Source: Auanema rhodensis (Eukaryota > Animalia > Nematoda). Taken from it: a stretch of 64,000 nucleotides of DNA. The stretch is from NCBI GenBank assembly GCA_964057225.1, contig OZ059900.1, forward strand, positions 16,306,001-16,370,000. Direction: 5' to 3'. The position numbers and the translations under genes are program-made. Each line of letters begins with the position of its first letter. The stretch's first letter is position 1. Shown here piece by piece: positions 25,401-39,000 of this stretch. The notes below the pieces were generated by a model, which was given only the letters and a program-made list of their open reading frames with translations, searched no databases and was not told the DNA's origin.

Positions 25401-28400
25401 TTGAACACATGAAATCGTAAGTCAAAACCTTGTTTACAGCGAAATTTCCAAAAACTGGTTTTCCAGCATAATAAAATATTTCTCATGGGAAATACTGTGT
25501 TTTTGTATTTTTCTAGTGTTCAGCATGTAAAATGATTCATTTTAGTATGTAACACGCTGAAATTCGTTGCATTTGACGACTCATATGAACAAAAATCGAT
25601 TTAATCAATATTAGCCATAAGGGGCGTGCCCTCAGAATATGCTAATTTCCTTAATTTTCTAACCCCTGTTTTTTTGTCGTGAAAGTGGAACTAGACGTTG
25701 TACGAACAATTTTGAGCTAGGTTTCATTGACATTGCATGAGTTTGAACACATGAAATCGTAAGTCAAAACCTTGTTTACAGCGAAATTTCCAAAAACTGG
25801 TTTTCCAGCATAATAAAATATTTCTCATGGGAAATACTGTGTTTTTGTATTTTTCTAGTGTTCAGCATGTAAAATGCTTCATTTTAGTATGTAACACGCT
25901 GAAATTCGTTGCATTTGACGACTTATATGAACAAAAATCGATTTAATCAATATTAGCCATAAGGGGCGTGCCCTCAGAATATGCTAATTTCCTTAATTTT
26001 CTAACCCCTGTTTTTTTGTCGTGAAAGTGGAACTAGACGTTGTACGAACAATTTTGAGCTAGGTTTCATTGACATTGCATGAGTTTGAACACATGAAATC
26101 GTAAGTCAAAACCTTGTTTACAGCGAAATTTCCAAAAACTGGTTTTCCAGCATAATAAAATATTTCTCATGCGAAATACTGTGTTTTTGTATTTTTCTAG
26201 TGTTCAGCATGTAAAATGCTTCATTTTAGTATGTAACACGCTGAAATTCGTTGCATTTGACAACTCATATGAACAAAAATCGATTTAATCAATATTAGCC
26301 ATAATAAAATATTTCTCATGGGAAATACTGTGTTTTTGTATTTTTCTAGTGTTCAGCATGTAAAATGATTCATTTTAGTATGTAACACGCTGAAATTCGT
26401 TGCATTTGACGACTCATATGAACAAAAATCGATTTAATCAATATTAGACATAAGGGGCGTGCCCTCAGAATATGCTAATTTCCTTAATTTTCTAACCCCT
26501 GTTTTTTTGTCGTGAAAGTGGAACTAGACGTTGTACGAACAATTTTGAGCTAGGTTTCATTGACATTGCATGAGCTTGAACACATGAAATCGTAAGTCAA
26601 AACCTTGTTTACAGCGAAATTTCCAAAAACTGGTTTTCCAGCATAATAAAATATTTCTCATGGGAAATACTGTGTTTTTGTATTTTTCTAGTGTTCAGCA
26701 TGTAAAATGCTTCATTTTAGTATGTAACACGCTGAAATTCGTTGCATTTGACGACTTATATGAACAAAAATCGATTTAATCAATATTAGCCATAAGGGGC
26801 GTGCCCTCAGAATATGCTAATTTCCTTAATTTTCTAACCCCTGTTTTTTTGTCGTGAAAGTGGAACTAGACGTTGTACGAACAATTTTGAGCTAGGTTTC
26901 ATTGACATTGCATGAGTTTGAACACATGAAATCGTAAGTCAAAACCTTGTTTACAGCGAAATTTCCAAAAACTGGTTTTCCAGCATAATAAAATATTTCT
27001 CATGGGAAATACTGTGTTTTTGTATTTTTCTAGTGTTCAGCATGTAAAATGCTTCATTTTAGTATGTAACACGCTGAAATTCGTTGCATTTGACGACTCA
27101 TATGAACAAAAATCGATTTAATCAATATTAGCCATAAGGGGCGTGCCCTCAGAATATGCTAATTTCCTTAATTTTCTAACCCCTGTTTTTTTGTCGTGAA
27201 AGTGGAACTAGACGTTGTACGAACAATTTTGAGCTAAGTTTCATTGACATTGCATGAGTTTGAACACATGAAATCGTAAGTCAAAACCTTGTTTACAGCG
27301 AAATTTCCAAAAACTGGTTTTCCAGCATAATAAAATATTTCTCATGGGAAATACTGTGTTTTTGTATTTTTCTAGTGTTCAGCATGTAAAATGCTTCATT
27401 TTAGTATGTAACACGCTGAAATTCGTTGCATTTGACGACTCATATGAACAAAAATCGATTTAATCAATATTAGCCATAAGGGGCGTGCCCTCAGAATATG
27501 CTAATTTCCTTAATTTTCTAACCTCTGTTTTTTTGTCGTGAAAGTGGAACTAAACGTTGTACGAACGATTTTGAGCTAGGTTTCATTGACATTGCATGAG
27601 TTTGAACACATGAAATCGTAAGTCAAAACCTTGTTTACAGCGAAATTTCCAAAAACTGGTTTTCCAGCATAATAAAATATTTCTCATGGGAAATACTGTG
27701 TTTTTGTATTTTTCTAGTGTTCAGCATGTAAAATGCTTCATATTAGTATGTAACACGCTGAAATTCGTTGCATTTGACGACTCATATGAACAAAAATCGA
27801 TTTAATCAATATTAGCCATAAGGGGCGTGCCCTCAGAATATGCTAATTTCCTTAATTTTCTAACCCCTGTTTTTTTGTCGTGAAAGTGGAACTAGACGTT
27901 GTACGAACAATTTTGAGCTAAGTTTCATTGACATTGCATGAGTTTGAACACATGAAATCGTAAGTCAAAACCTTGTTTACAGCGAAATTTCCAAAAACTG
28001 GTTTTCCAGCATAATAAAATATTTCTCATGGGAAATACTGTGTTTTTGTTTTTTTCTAGTGTTCAGCATGTAAAATGCTTCATTTTAGTATGTAACACGC
28101 TGAAATTCGTTGCATTTGACGAATCATATGAACAAAAATCGATTTAATCAATATTAGCCATAAGGGGCGTGCCCTCAGAATATGCTAATTTCCTTAATTT
28201 TCTAACCCCTGTTTTTTTGTCGTGAAAGTGGAACTAGACGTTGTACGAACAATTTTGAGCTAGGTTTCATTGACATTGCATGAGTTTGAACACATGAAAT
28301 CGTAAGTCAAAACCTTGTTTACAGCGAAATTTCCAAAAACTGGTTTTCCAGCATAATAAAATATTTCTCATGGGAAATACTGTGTTTTTGTATTTTTCTA

Positions 28401-28507
28401 GTGTTCAGCATGTAAAATGCTTCATATTAGTATGTAACACGCTGAAATTCGTTGCATTTGACGACTCATATGAACAAAAATCGATTTAATCAATATTAGC
28501 CATAAGG
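18634..28507 (+). repeat. Duplicated ~8-monomer block (18634-21518 and 25623-28507), offset 6989 bp (20x342+149)
   Basis: GACTTATA (18935/25924), 491 junction (19315/26304), TAGACATA (19459/26448) and the CCTCT/CTAAAC monomer all share the 6989 offset. Confidence 0.85.
23571..25622 (+). repeat. Tandem trimer duplication (2 x 1026 bp)
   Basis: The monomer order [CTACAC+TTCGTA+GAATC], [TTTACT], [AAATTT+CCTCT+CTAAAC+CAAAC+ATGATT] appears twice. Confidence 0.88.
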
Positions 28508-31500
28508 GGCGTGCCCTCAGAATATGCTAATTTCCTTAATTTTCTAACCCCTGTTTTTTTGTCGTGAAAGTGGAACTAGACGTTGTACGAACAATTTTGA
28601 GCTAAGTTTCATTGACATTGCATGAGTTTGAACACATGAAATCGTAAGTCAAAACCTTGTTTACAGCGAAATTTCCAAAAACTGGTTTTCCAGCATAATA
28701 AAATATTTCTCATGGGAAATACTGTGTTTTTGTTTTTTTCTAGTGTTCAGCATGTAAAATGCTTCATTTTAGTATGTAACACGCTGAAATTCGTTGCATT
28801 TGACGAATCATATGAACAAAAATCGATTTAATCAATATTAGCCATAAGGGGCGTGCCCTCAGAATATGCTAATTTCCTTAATTTTCTAACCCCTGTTTTT
28901 TTGTCGTGAAAGTGGAACTAGACGTTGTACGAACAATTTTGAGCTAAGTTTCATTGACATTGCATGAGTTTGAACACATGAAATCGTAAGTCAAAACCTT
29001 GTTTACAGCGAAATTTCCAAAAACTGGTTTTCCAGCATAATAAAATATTTCTCATGGGAAATACTGTGTTTTTGTTTTTTTCTAGTGTTCAGCATGTAAA
29101 ATGCTTCATTTTAGTATGTAACACGCTGAAATTCGTTGCATTTGACGAATCATATGAACAAAAATCGATTTAATCAATATTAGCCATAAGGGGCGTGCCC
29201 TCAGAATATGCTAATTTCCTTAATTTTCTAACCCCTGTTTTTTTGTCGTGAAAGTGGAACTAGACGTTGTACGAACAATTTTGAGCTAGGTTTCATTGAC
29301 ATTGCATGAGTTTGAACACATGAAATCGTAAGTCAAAACCTTGTTTACAGCGAAATTTCCAAAAACTGGTTTTCCAGCATAATAAAATATTTCTCATGGG
29401 AAATACTGTGTTTTTGTATTTTACTAGTGTTCAGCATGTAAAATGCTTCATTTTAGTATGTAACACGCTGAAATTCGTTGCATTTGACGACTCATATGAA
29501 CAAAAATCGATTTAATCAATATTAGCCATAAGGGGCGTGCCCTCAGAATATGCTAATTTCCTTAATTTTCTAACCTCTGTTTTTTTGTCGTGAAAGTGGA
29601 ACTAAACGTTGTACGAACAATTTTGAGCTAGGTTTCATTGACATTGCATGAGTTTGAACACATGAAATCGTAAGTCAAAACCTTGTTTACAGCGAAATTT
29701 CCAAAAACTGGTTTTCCAGCATAATAAAATATTTCTCATGGGAAATACTGTGTTTTTGTATTTTTCTAGTGTTCAGCATGTAAAATGCTTCATATTAGTA
29801 TGTAACACGCTGAAATTCGTTGCATTTGACGACTCATATGAACAAAAATCGATTTAATCAATATTAGCCATAAGGGGCGTGCCCTCAGAATATGCTAATT
29901 TCCTTAATTTTCTAACCCCTGTTTTTTTGTCGTGAAAGTGGAACTAGACGTTGTACGAACAATTTTGAGCTAAGTTTCATTGACATTGCATGAGTTTGAA
30001 CACATGAAATCGTAAGTCAAAACCTTGTTTACAGCGAAATTTCCAAAAACTGGTTTTCCAGCATAATAAAATATTTCTCATGGGAAATACTGTGTTTTTG
30101 TTTTTTTCTAGTGTTCAGCATGTAAAATGCTTCATTTTAGTATGTAACACGCTGAAATTCGTTGCATTTGACGAATCATATGAACAAAAATCGATTTAAT
30201 CAATATTAGCCATAAGGGGCGTGCCCTCAGAATATGCTAATTTCCTTAATTTTCTAACCCCTGTTTTTTTGTCGTGAAAGTGGAACTAGACGTTGTACGA
30301 ACAATTTTGAGCTAGGTTTCATTGACATTGCATGAGTTTGAACACATGAAATCGTAAGTCAAAACCTTGTTTACAGCGAAATTTCCAAAAACTGGTTTTC
30401 CAGCATAATAAAATATTTCTCATGGGAAATACTGTGTTTTTGTATTTTACTAGTGTTCAGCATGTAAAATGCTTCATTTTAGTATGTAACACGCTGAAAT
30501 TCGTTGCATTTGACGACTCATATGAACAAAAATCGATTTAATCAATATTAGCCATAAGGGGCGTGCCCTCAGAATATGCTAATTTCCTTAATTTTCTAAC
30601 CCCTGTTTTTTTGTCGTGAAAGTGGAACTAGACGTTGTACGAACAATTTTGAGCTAAGTTTCATTGACATTGCATGAGTTTGAACACATGAAATCGTAAG
30701 TCAAAACCTTGTTTACAGCGAAATTTCCAAAAACTGGTTTTCCAGCATAATAAAATATTTCTCATGGGAAATACTGTGTTTTTGTTTTTTTCTAGTGTTC
30801 AGCATGTAAAATGCTTCATTTTAGTATGTAACACGCTGAAATTCGTTGCATTTGACGAATCATATGAACAAAAATCGATTTAATCAATATTAGCCATAAG
30901 GGGCGTGCCCTCAGAATATGCTAATTTCCTTAATTTTCTAACCCCTGTTTTTTTGTCGTGAAAGTGGAACTAGACGTTGTACGAACAATTTTGAGCTAGG
31001 TTTCATTGACATTGCATGAGTTTGAACACATGAAATCGTAAGTCAAAACCTTGTTTACAGCGAAATTTCCAAAAACTGGTTTTCCAGCATAATAAAATAT
31101 TTCTCATGGGAAATACTGTGTTTTTGTATTTTACTAGTGTTCAGCATGTAAAATGCTTCATTTTAGTATGTAACACGCTGAAATTCGTTGCATTTGACGA
31201 CTCATATGAACAAAAATCGATTTAATCAATATTAGCCATAAGGGGCGTGCCCTCAGAATATGCTAATTTCCTTAATTTTCTAACCCCTGTTTTTTTGTCG
31301 TGAAAGTGGAACTAGACGTTGTACGAACAATTTTGAGCTAGGTTTCATTGACATTGCATGAGTTTGAACACATGAAATCGTAAGTCAAAACCTTGTTTAC
31401 AGCGAAATTTCCAAAAACTGGTTTTCCAGCATAATAAAATATTTCTCATGGGAAATACTGTGTTTTTGTATTTTTCTAGTGTTCAGCATGTAAAATGCTT

Positions 31501-32611
31501 CATTTTAGTATGTAACACGCTGAAATTCGTTGCATTTGACGACTCATATGAACAAAAATCGATTTAATCAATATTAGCCATAAGGGGCGTGCCCTCAGAA
31601 TATGCTAATTTCCTTAATTTTCTAACCCCTGTTTTTTTGTCGTGAAAGTGGAACTAGACGTTGTACGAACAATTTTGAACTAGGTTTCATTGACATTGCA
31701 TGAGTTTGAACACATGAAATCGTAAGTCAAAACCTTGTTTACAGCGAAATTTCCAAAAACTGGTTTTCCAGCATAATAAAATATTTCTCATGGGAAATAC
31801 TGTGTTTTTGTATTTTTCTAGTGTTCAGCATGTAAAATGCTTCATTTTAGTATGTAACACGCTGAAATTCGTTGCATTCGACGACTCATATGAACAAAAA
31901 TCGATTTAATCAATATTAGCCATAAGGGGCGTGCCCTCAGAATATGCTAATTTCCTTAATTTTCTAACCCCTGTTTTTTTGTCGTGAAAGTGGAACTACA
32001 CGTTGTACGAACAATTTTGAGCTAGGTTTCATTGACATTGCATGAGTTTGAACACATGAAATCGTAAGTCAAAACCTTGTTTACAGCGAAATTTCCAAAA
32101 ACTGGTTTTCCAGCATAATAAAATATTTCTCATGGGAAATACTGTGTTTTCGTATTTTTCTAGTGTTCAGCATGTAAAATGCTTCATTTTAGTATGTAAC
32201 ACGCTGAAATTCGTTGCATTTGACGAATCATATGAACAAAAATCGATTTAATCAATATTAGCCATAAGGGGCGTGCCCTCAGAATATGCTAATTTCCTTA
32301 ATTTTCTAACCCCTGTTTTTTTGTCGTGAAAGTGGAACTAGACGTTGTACGAACAATTTTGAGCTAGGTTTCATTGACATTGCATGAGTTTGAACACATG
32401 AAATCGTAAGTCAAAACCTTGTTTACAGCGAAATTTCCAAAAACTGGTTTTCCAGCATAATAAAATATTTCTCATGGGAAATACTGTGTTTTTGTATTTT
32501 ACTAGTGTTCAGCATGTAAAATGCTTCATTTTAGTATGTAACACGCTGAAATTCGTTGCATTTGACGACTCATATGAACAAAAATCGATTTAATCAATAT
32601 TAGCCATAAGG

Positions 32612-35600
32612 GGCGTGCCCTCAGAATATGCTAATTTCCTTAATTTTCTAACCCCTGTTTTTTTGTCGTGAAAGTGGAACTAGACGTTGTACGAACAATT
32701 TTGAGCTAGGTTTCATTGACATTGCATGAGTTTGAACACATGAAATCGTAAGTCAAAACCTTGTTTACAGCGAAATTTCCAAAAACTGGTTTTCCAGCAT
32801 AATAAAATATTTCTCATGGGAAATACTGTGTTTTTGTATTTTTCTAGTGTTCAGCATGTAAAATGCTTCATTTTAGTATGTAACACGCTGAAATTCGTTG
32901 CATTTGACGACTCATATGAACAAAAATCGATTTAATCAATATTAGCCATAAGGGGCGTGCCCTCAGAATATGCTAATTTCCTTAATTTTCTAACCTCTGT
33001 TTTTTTGTCGTGAAAGTGGAACTAAACGTTGTACGAACAATTTTGAGCTAGGTTTCATTGACATTGCATGAGTTTGAACACATGAAATCGTAAGTCAAAA
33101 CCTTGTTTACAGCGAAATTTCCAAAAACTGGTTTTCCAGCATAATAAAATATTTCTCATGGGAAATACTGTGTTTTTGTATTTTTCTAGTGTTCAGCATG
33201 TAAAATGCTTCATATTAGTATGTAACACGCTGAAATTCGTTGCATTTGACGACTCATATGAACAAAAATCGATTTAATCAATATTAGCCATAAGGGGCGT
33301 GCCCTCAGAATATGCTAATTTCCTTAATTTTCTAACCTCTGTTTTTTTGTCGTGAAAGTGGAACTAAACGTTGTACGAACAATTTTGAGCTAGGTTTCAT
33401 TGACATTGCATGAGTTTGAACACATGAAATCGTAAGTCAAAACCTTGTTTACAGCGAAATTTCCAAAAACTGGTTTTCCAGCATAATAAAATATTTCTCA
33501 TGGGAAATACTGTGTTTTTGTATTTTTCTAGTGTTCAGCATGTAAAATGCTTCATATTAGTATGTAACACGCTGAAATTCGTTGCATTTGACGACTCATA
33601 TGAACAAAAATCGATTTAATCAATATTAGCCATAAGGGGCGTGCCCTCAGAATATGCTAATTTCCTTAATTTTCTAACCCCTGTTTTTTTGTCGTGAAAG
33701 TGGAACTAGACGTTGTACGAACAATTTTGAGCTAAGTTTCATTGACATTGCATGAGTTTGAACACATGAAATCGTAAGTCAAAACCTTGTTTACAGCGAA
33801 ATTTCCAAAAACTGGTTTTCCAGCATAATAAAATATTTCTCATGGGAAATACTGTGTTTTTGTTTTTTTCTAGTGTTCAGCATGTAAAATGCTTCATTTT
33901 AGTATGTAACACGCTGAAATTCGTTGCATTTGACGAATCATATGAACAAAAATCGATTTAATCAATATTAGCCATAAGGGGCGTGCCCTCAGAATATGCT
34001 AATTTCCTTAATTTTCTAACCCCTGTTTTTTTGTCGTGAAAGTGGAACTAGACGTTGTACGAACAATTTTGAGCTAGGTTTCATTGACATTGCATGAGTT
34101 TGAACACATGAAATCGTAAGTCAAAACCTTGTTTACAGCGAAATTTCCAAAAACTGGTTTTCCAGCATAATAAAATATTTCTCATGGGAAATACTGTGTT
34201 TTTGTTTTTTTCTAGTGTTCAGCATGTAAAATGCTTCATTTTAGTATGTAACACGCTGAAATTCGTTGCATTTGACGAATCATATGAACAAAAATCGATT
34301 TAATCAATATTAGCCATAAGGGGCGTGCCCTCAGAATATGCTAATTTCCTTAATTTTCTAACCCCTGTTTTTTTGTCGTGAAAGTGGAACTAGACGTTGT
34401 ACGAACAATTTTGAGCTAGGTTTCATTGACATTGCATGAGTTTGAACACATGAAATCGTAAGTCAAAACCTTGTTTACAGCGAAATTTCCAAAAACTGGT
34501 TTTCCAGCATAATAAAATATTTCTCATGGGAAATACTGTGTTTTTGTATTTTTCTAGTGTTCAGCATGTAAAATGCTTCATTTTAGTATGTAACACGCTG
34601 AAATTCGTTGCATTTGACGACTCATATGAACAAAAATCGATTTAATCAATATTAGCCATAAGGGGCGTGCCCTCAGAATATGCTAATTTCCTTAATTTTC
34701 TAACCTCTGTTTTTTTGTCGTGAAAGTGGAACTAAACGTTGTACGAACAATTTTGAGCTAGGTTTCATTGACATTGCATGAGTTTGAACACATGAAATCG
34801 TACGTCAAAACCTTGTTTACAGCGAAATTTCCAAAAACTGGTTTTCCAGCATAATAAAATATTTCTCATGGGAAATACTGTGTTTTTGTATTTTTCTAGT
34901 GTTCAGCATGTAAAATGCTTCATATTAGTATGTAACACGCTGAAATTCGTTGCATTTGACGACTCATATGAACAAAAATCGATTTAATCAATATTAGCCA
35001 TAAGGGGCGTGCCCTCAGAATATGCTAATTTCCTTAATTTTCTAACCTCTGTTTTTTTGTCGTGAAAGTGGAACTAAACGTTGTACGAACAATTTTGAGC
35101 TAGGTTTCATTGACATTGCATGAGTTTGAACACATGAAATCGTAAGTCAAAACCTTGTTTACAGCGAAATTTCCAAAAACTGGTTTTCCAGCATAATAAA
35201 ATATTTCTCATGGGAAATACTGTGTTTTTGTATTTTTCTAGTGTTCAGCATGTAAAATGCTTCATATTAGTATGTAACACGCTGAAATTCGTTGCATTTG
35301 ACGACTCATATGAACAAAAATCGATTTAATCAATATTAGCCATAAGGGGCGTGCCCTCAGAATATGCTAATTTCCTTAATTTTCTAACCCCTGTTTTTTT
35401 GTCGTGAAAGTGGAACTAGACGTTGTACGAACAATTTTGAGCTAAGTTTCATTGACATTGCATGAGTTTGAACACATGAAATCGTAAGTCAAAACCTTGT
35501 TTACAGCGAAATTTCCAAAAACTGGTTTTCCAGCATAATAAAATATTTCTCATGGGAAATACTGTGTTTTTGTTTTTTTCTAGTGTTCAGCATGTAAAAT

Positions 35601-36031
35601 GCTTCATTTTAGTATGTAACACGCTGAAATTCGTTGCATTTGACGAATCATATGAACAAAAATCGATTTAATCAATATTAGCCATAAGGGGCGTGCCCTC
35701 AGAATATGCTAATTTCCTTAATTTTCTAACCCCTGTTTTTTTGTCGTGAAAGTGGAACTAGACGTTGTACGAACAATTTTGAGCTAGGTTTCATTGACAT
35801 TGCATGAGTTTGAACACATGAAATCGTAAGTCAAAACCTTGTTTACAGCGAAATTTCCAAAAACTGGTTTTCCAGCATAATAAAATATTTCTCATGGGAA
35901 ATACTGTGTTTTTGTTTTTTTCTAGTGTTCAGCATGTAAAATGCTTCATTTTAGTATGTAACACGCTGAAATTCGTTGCATTTGACGAATCATATGAACA
36001 AAAATCGATTTAATCAATATTAGCCATAAGG
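32612..36031 (+). repeat. Tandem pentamer duplication (2 x 1710 bp), with a related P-P-Q-R block again at 37742-39109
   Basis: Order is consensus, P, P, Q, R, where P=CCTCT/CTAAAC/CATATT, Q=CTAAG/GTTTTTTT/GAATC and R=CTAGG/GTTTTTTT/GAATC. P starts at 32954, 34664 and 37742. Confidence 0.8.
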
Positions 36032-39000
36032 GGCGTGCCCTCAGAATATGCTAATTTCCTTAATTTTCTAACCCCTGTTTTTTTGTCGTGAAAGTGGAAC
36101 TAGACGTTGTACGAACAATTTTGAGCTAGGTTTCATTGACATTGCATGAGTTTGAACACATGAAATCGTAAGTCAAAACCTTGTTTACAGCGAAATTTCC
36201 AAAAACTGGTTTTCCAGCATAATAAAATATTTCTCATGGGAAATACTGTGTTTTTGTATTTTACTAGTGTTCAGCATGTAAAATGCTTCATTTTAGTATG
36301 TAACACGCTGAAATTCGTTGCATTTGACGACTCATATGAACAAAAATCGATTTAATCAATATTAGCCATAAGGGGCGTGCCCTCAGAATATGCTAATTTC
36401 CTTAATTTTCTAACCCCTGTTTTTTTGTCGTGAAAGTGGAACTAGACGTTGTACGAACAATTTTGAGCTAGGTTTCATTGACATTGCATGAGTTTGAACA
36501 CATGAAATCGTAAGTCAAAACCTTGTTTACAGCGAAATTTCCAAAAACTGGTTTTCCAGCATAATAAAATATTTCTCATGGGAAATACTGTGTTTTTGTA
36601 TTTTTCTAGTGTTCAGCATGTAAAATGCTTCATTTTAGTATGTAACACGCTGAAATTCGTTGCATTTGACGACTCATATGAACAAAAATCGATTTAATCA
36701 ATATTAGCCATAAGGGGCGTGCCCTCAGAATATGCTAATTTCCTTAATTTTCTAACCTCTGTTTTTTTGTCGTGAAAGTGGAACTAAACGTTGTACGAAC
36801 AATTTTGAGCTAGGTTTCATTGACATTGCATGAGTTTGAACACATGAAATCGTAAGTCAAAACCTTGTTTACAGCGAAATTTCCAAAAACTGGTTTTCCA
36901 GCATAATAAAATATTTCTCATGGGAAATACTGTGTTTTTGTATTTTTCTAGTGTTCAGCATGTAAAATGCTTCATATTAGTATGTAACACGCTGAAATTC
37001 GTTGCATTTGACGACTCATATGAACAAAAATCGATTTAATCAATATTAGCCATAAGGGGCGTGCCCTCAGAATATGCTAATTTCCTTAATTTTCTAACCC
37101 CTGTTTTTTTGTCGTGAAAGTGGAACTAGACGTTGTACGAACAATTTTGAGCTAAGTTTCATTGACATTGCATGAGTTTGAACACATGAAATCGTAAGTC
37201 AAAACCTTGTTTACAGCGAAATTTCCAAAAACTGGTTTTCCAGCATAATAAAATATTTCTCATGGGAAATACTGTGTTTTTGTTTTTTTCTAGTGTTCAG
37301 CATGTAAAATGCTTCATTTTAGTATGTAACACGCTGAAATTCGTTGCATTTGACGAATCATATGAACAAAAATCGATTTAATCAATATTAGCCATAAGGG
37401 GCGTGCCCTCAGAATATGCTAATTTCCTTAATTTTCTAACCCCTGTTTTTTTGTCGTGAAAGTGGAACTAGACGTTGTACGAACAATTTTGAGCTAGGTT
37501 TCATTGACATTGCATGAGTTTGAACACATGAAATCGTAAGTCAAAACCTTGTTTACAGCGAAATTTCCAAAAACTGGTTTTCCAGCATAATAAAATATTT
37601 CTCATGGGAAATACTGTGTTTTTGTTTTTTTCTAGTGTTCAGCATGTAAAATGTTTCATTTTAGTATGTAACACGCTGAAATTCGTTGCATTTGACGACT
37701 CATATGAACAAAAATCGATTTAATCAATATTAGCCATAAGGGGCGTGCCCTCAGAATATGCTAATTTCCTTAATTTTCTAACCTCTGTTTTTTTGTCGTG
37801 AAAGTGGAACTAAACGTTGTACGAACAATTTTGAGCTAGGTTTCATTGACATTGCATGAGTTTGAACACATGAAATCGTAAGTCAAAACCTTGTTTACAG
37901 CGAAATTTCCAAAAACTGGTTTTCCAGCATAATAAAATATTTCTCATGGGAAATACTGTGTTTTTGTATTTTTCTAGTGTTCAGCATGTAAAATGCTTCA
38001 TATTAGTATGTAACACGCTGAAATTCGTTGCATTTGACGACTCATATGAACAAAAATCGATTTAATCAATATTAGCCATAAGGGGCGTGCCCTCAGAATA
38101 TGCTAATTTCCTTAATTTTCTAACCTCTGTTTTTTTGTCGTGAAAGTGGAACTAAACGTTGTACGAACAATTTTGAGCTAGGTTTCATTGACATTGCATG
38201 AGTTTGAACACATGAAATCGTAAGTCAAAACCTTGTTTACAGCGAAATTTCCAAAAACTGGTTTTCCAGCATAATAAAATATTTCTCATGGGAAATACTG
38301 TGTTTTTGTATTTTTCTAGTGTTCAGCATGTAAAATGCTTCATATTAGTATGTAACACGCTGAAATTCGTTGCATTTGACGACTCATATGAACAAAAATC
38401 GATTTAATCAATATTAGCCATAAGGGGCGTGCCCTCAGAATATGCTAATTTCCTTAATTTTCTAACCCCTGTTTTTTTGTCGTGAAAGTGGAACTAGACG
38501 TTGTACGAACAATTTTGAGCTAAGTTTCATTGACATTGCATGAGTTTGAACACATGAAATCGTAAGTCAAAACCTTGTTTACAGCGAAATTTCCAAAAAC
38601 TGGTTTTCCAGCATAATAAAATATTTCTCATGGGAAATACTGTGTTTTTGTTTTTTTCTAGTGTTCAGCATGTAAAATGCTTCATTTTAGTATGTAACAC
38701 GCTGAAATTCGTTGCATTTGACGAATCATATGAACAAAAATCGATTTAATCAATATTAGCCATAAGGGGCGTGCCCTCAGAATATGCTAATTTCCTTAAT
38801 TTTCTAACCCCTGTTTTTTTGTCGTGAAAGTGGAACTAGACGTTGTACGAACAATTTTGAGCTAGGTTTCATTGACATTGCATGAGTTTGAACACATGAA
38901 ATCGTAAGTCAAAACCTTGTTTACAGCGAAATTTCCAAAAACTGGTTTTCCAGCATAATAAAATATTTCTCATGGGAAATACTGTGTTTTTGTTTTTTTC

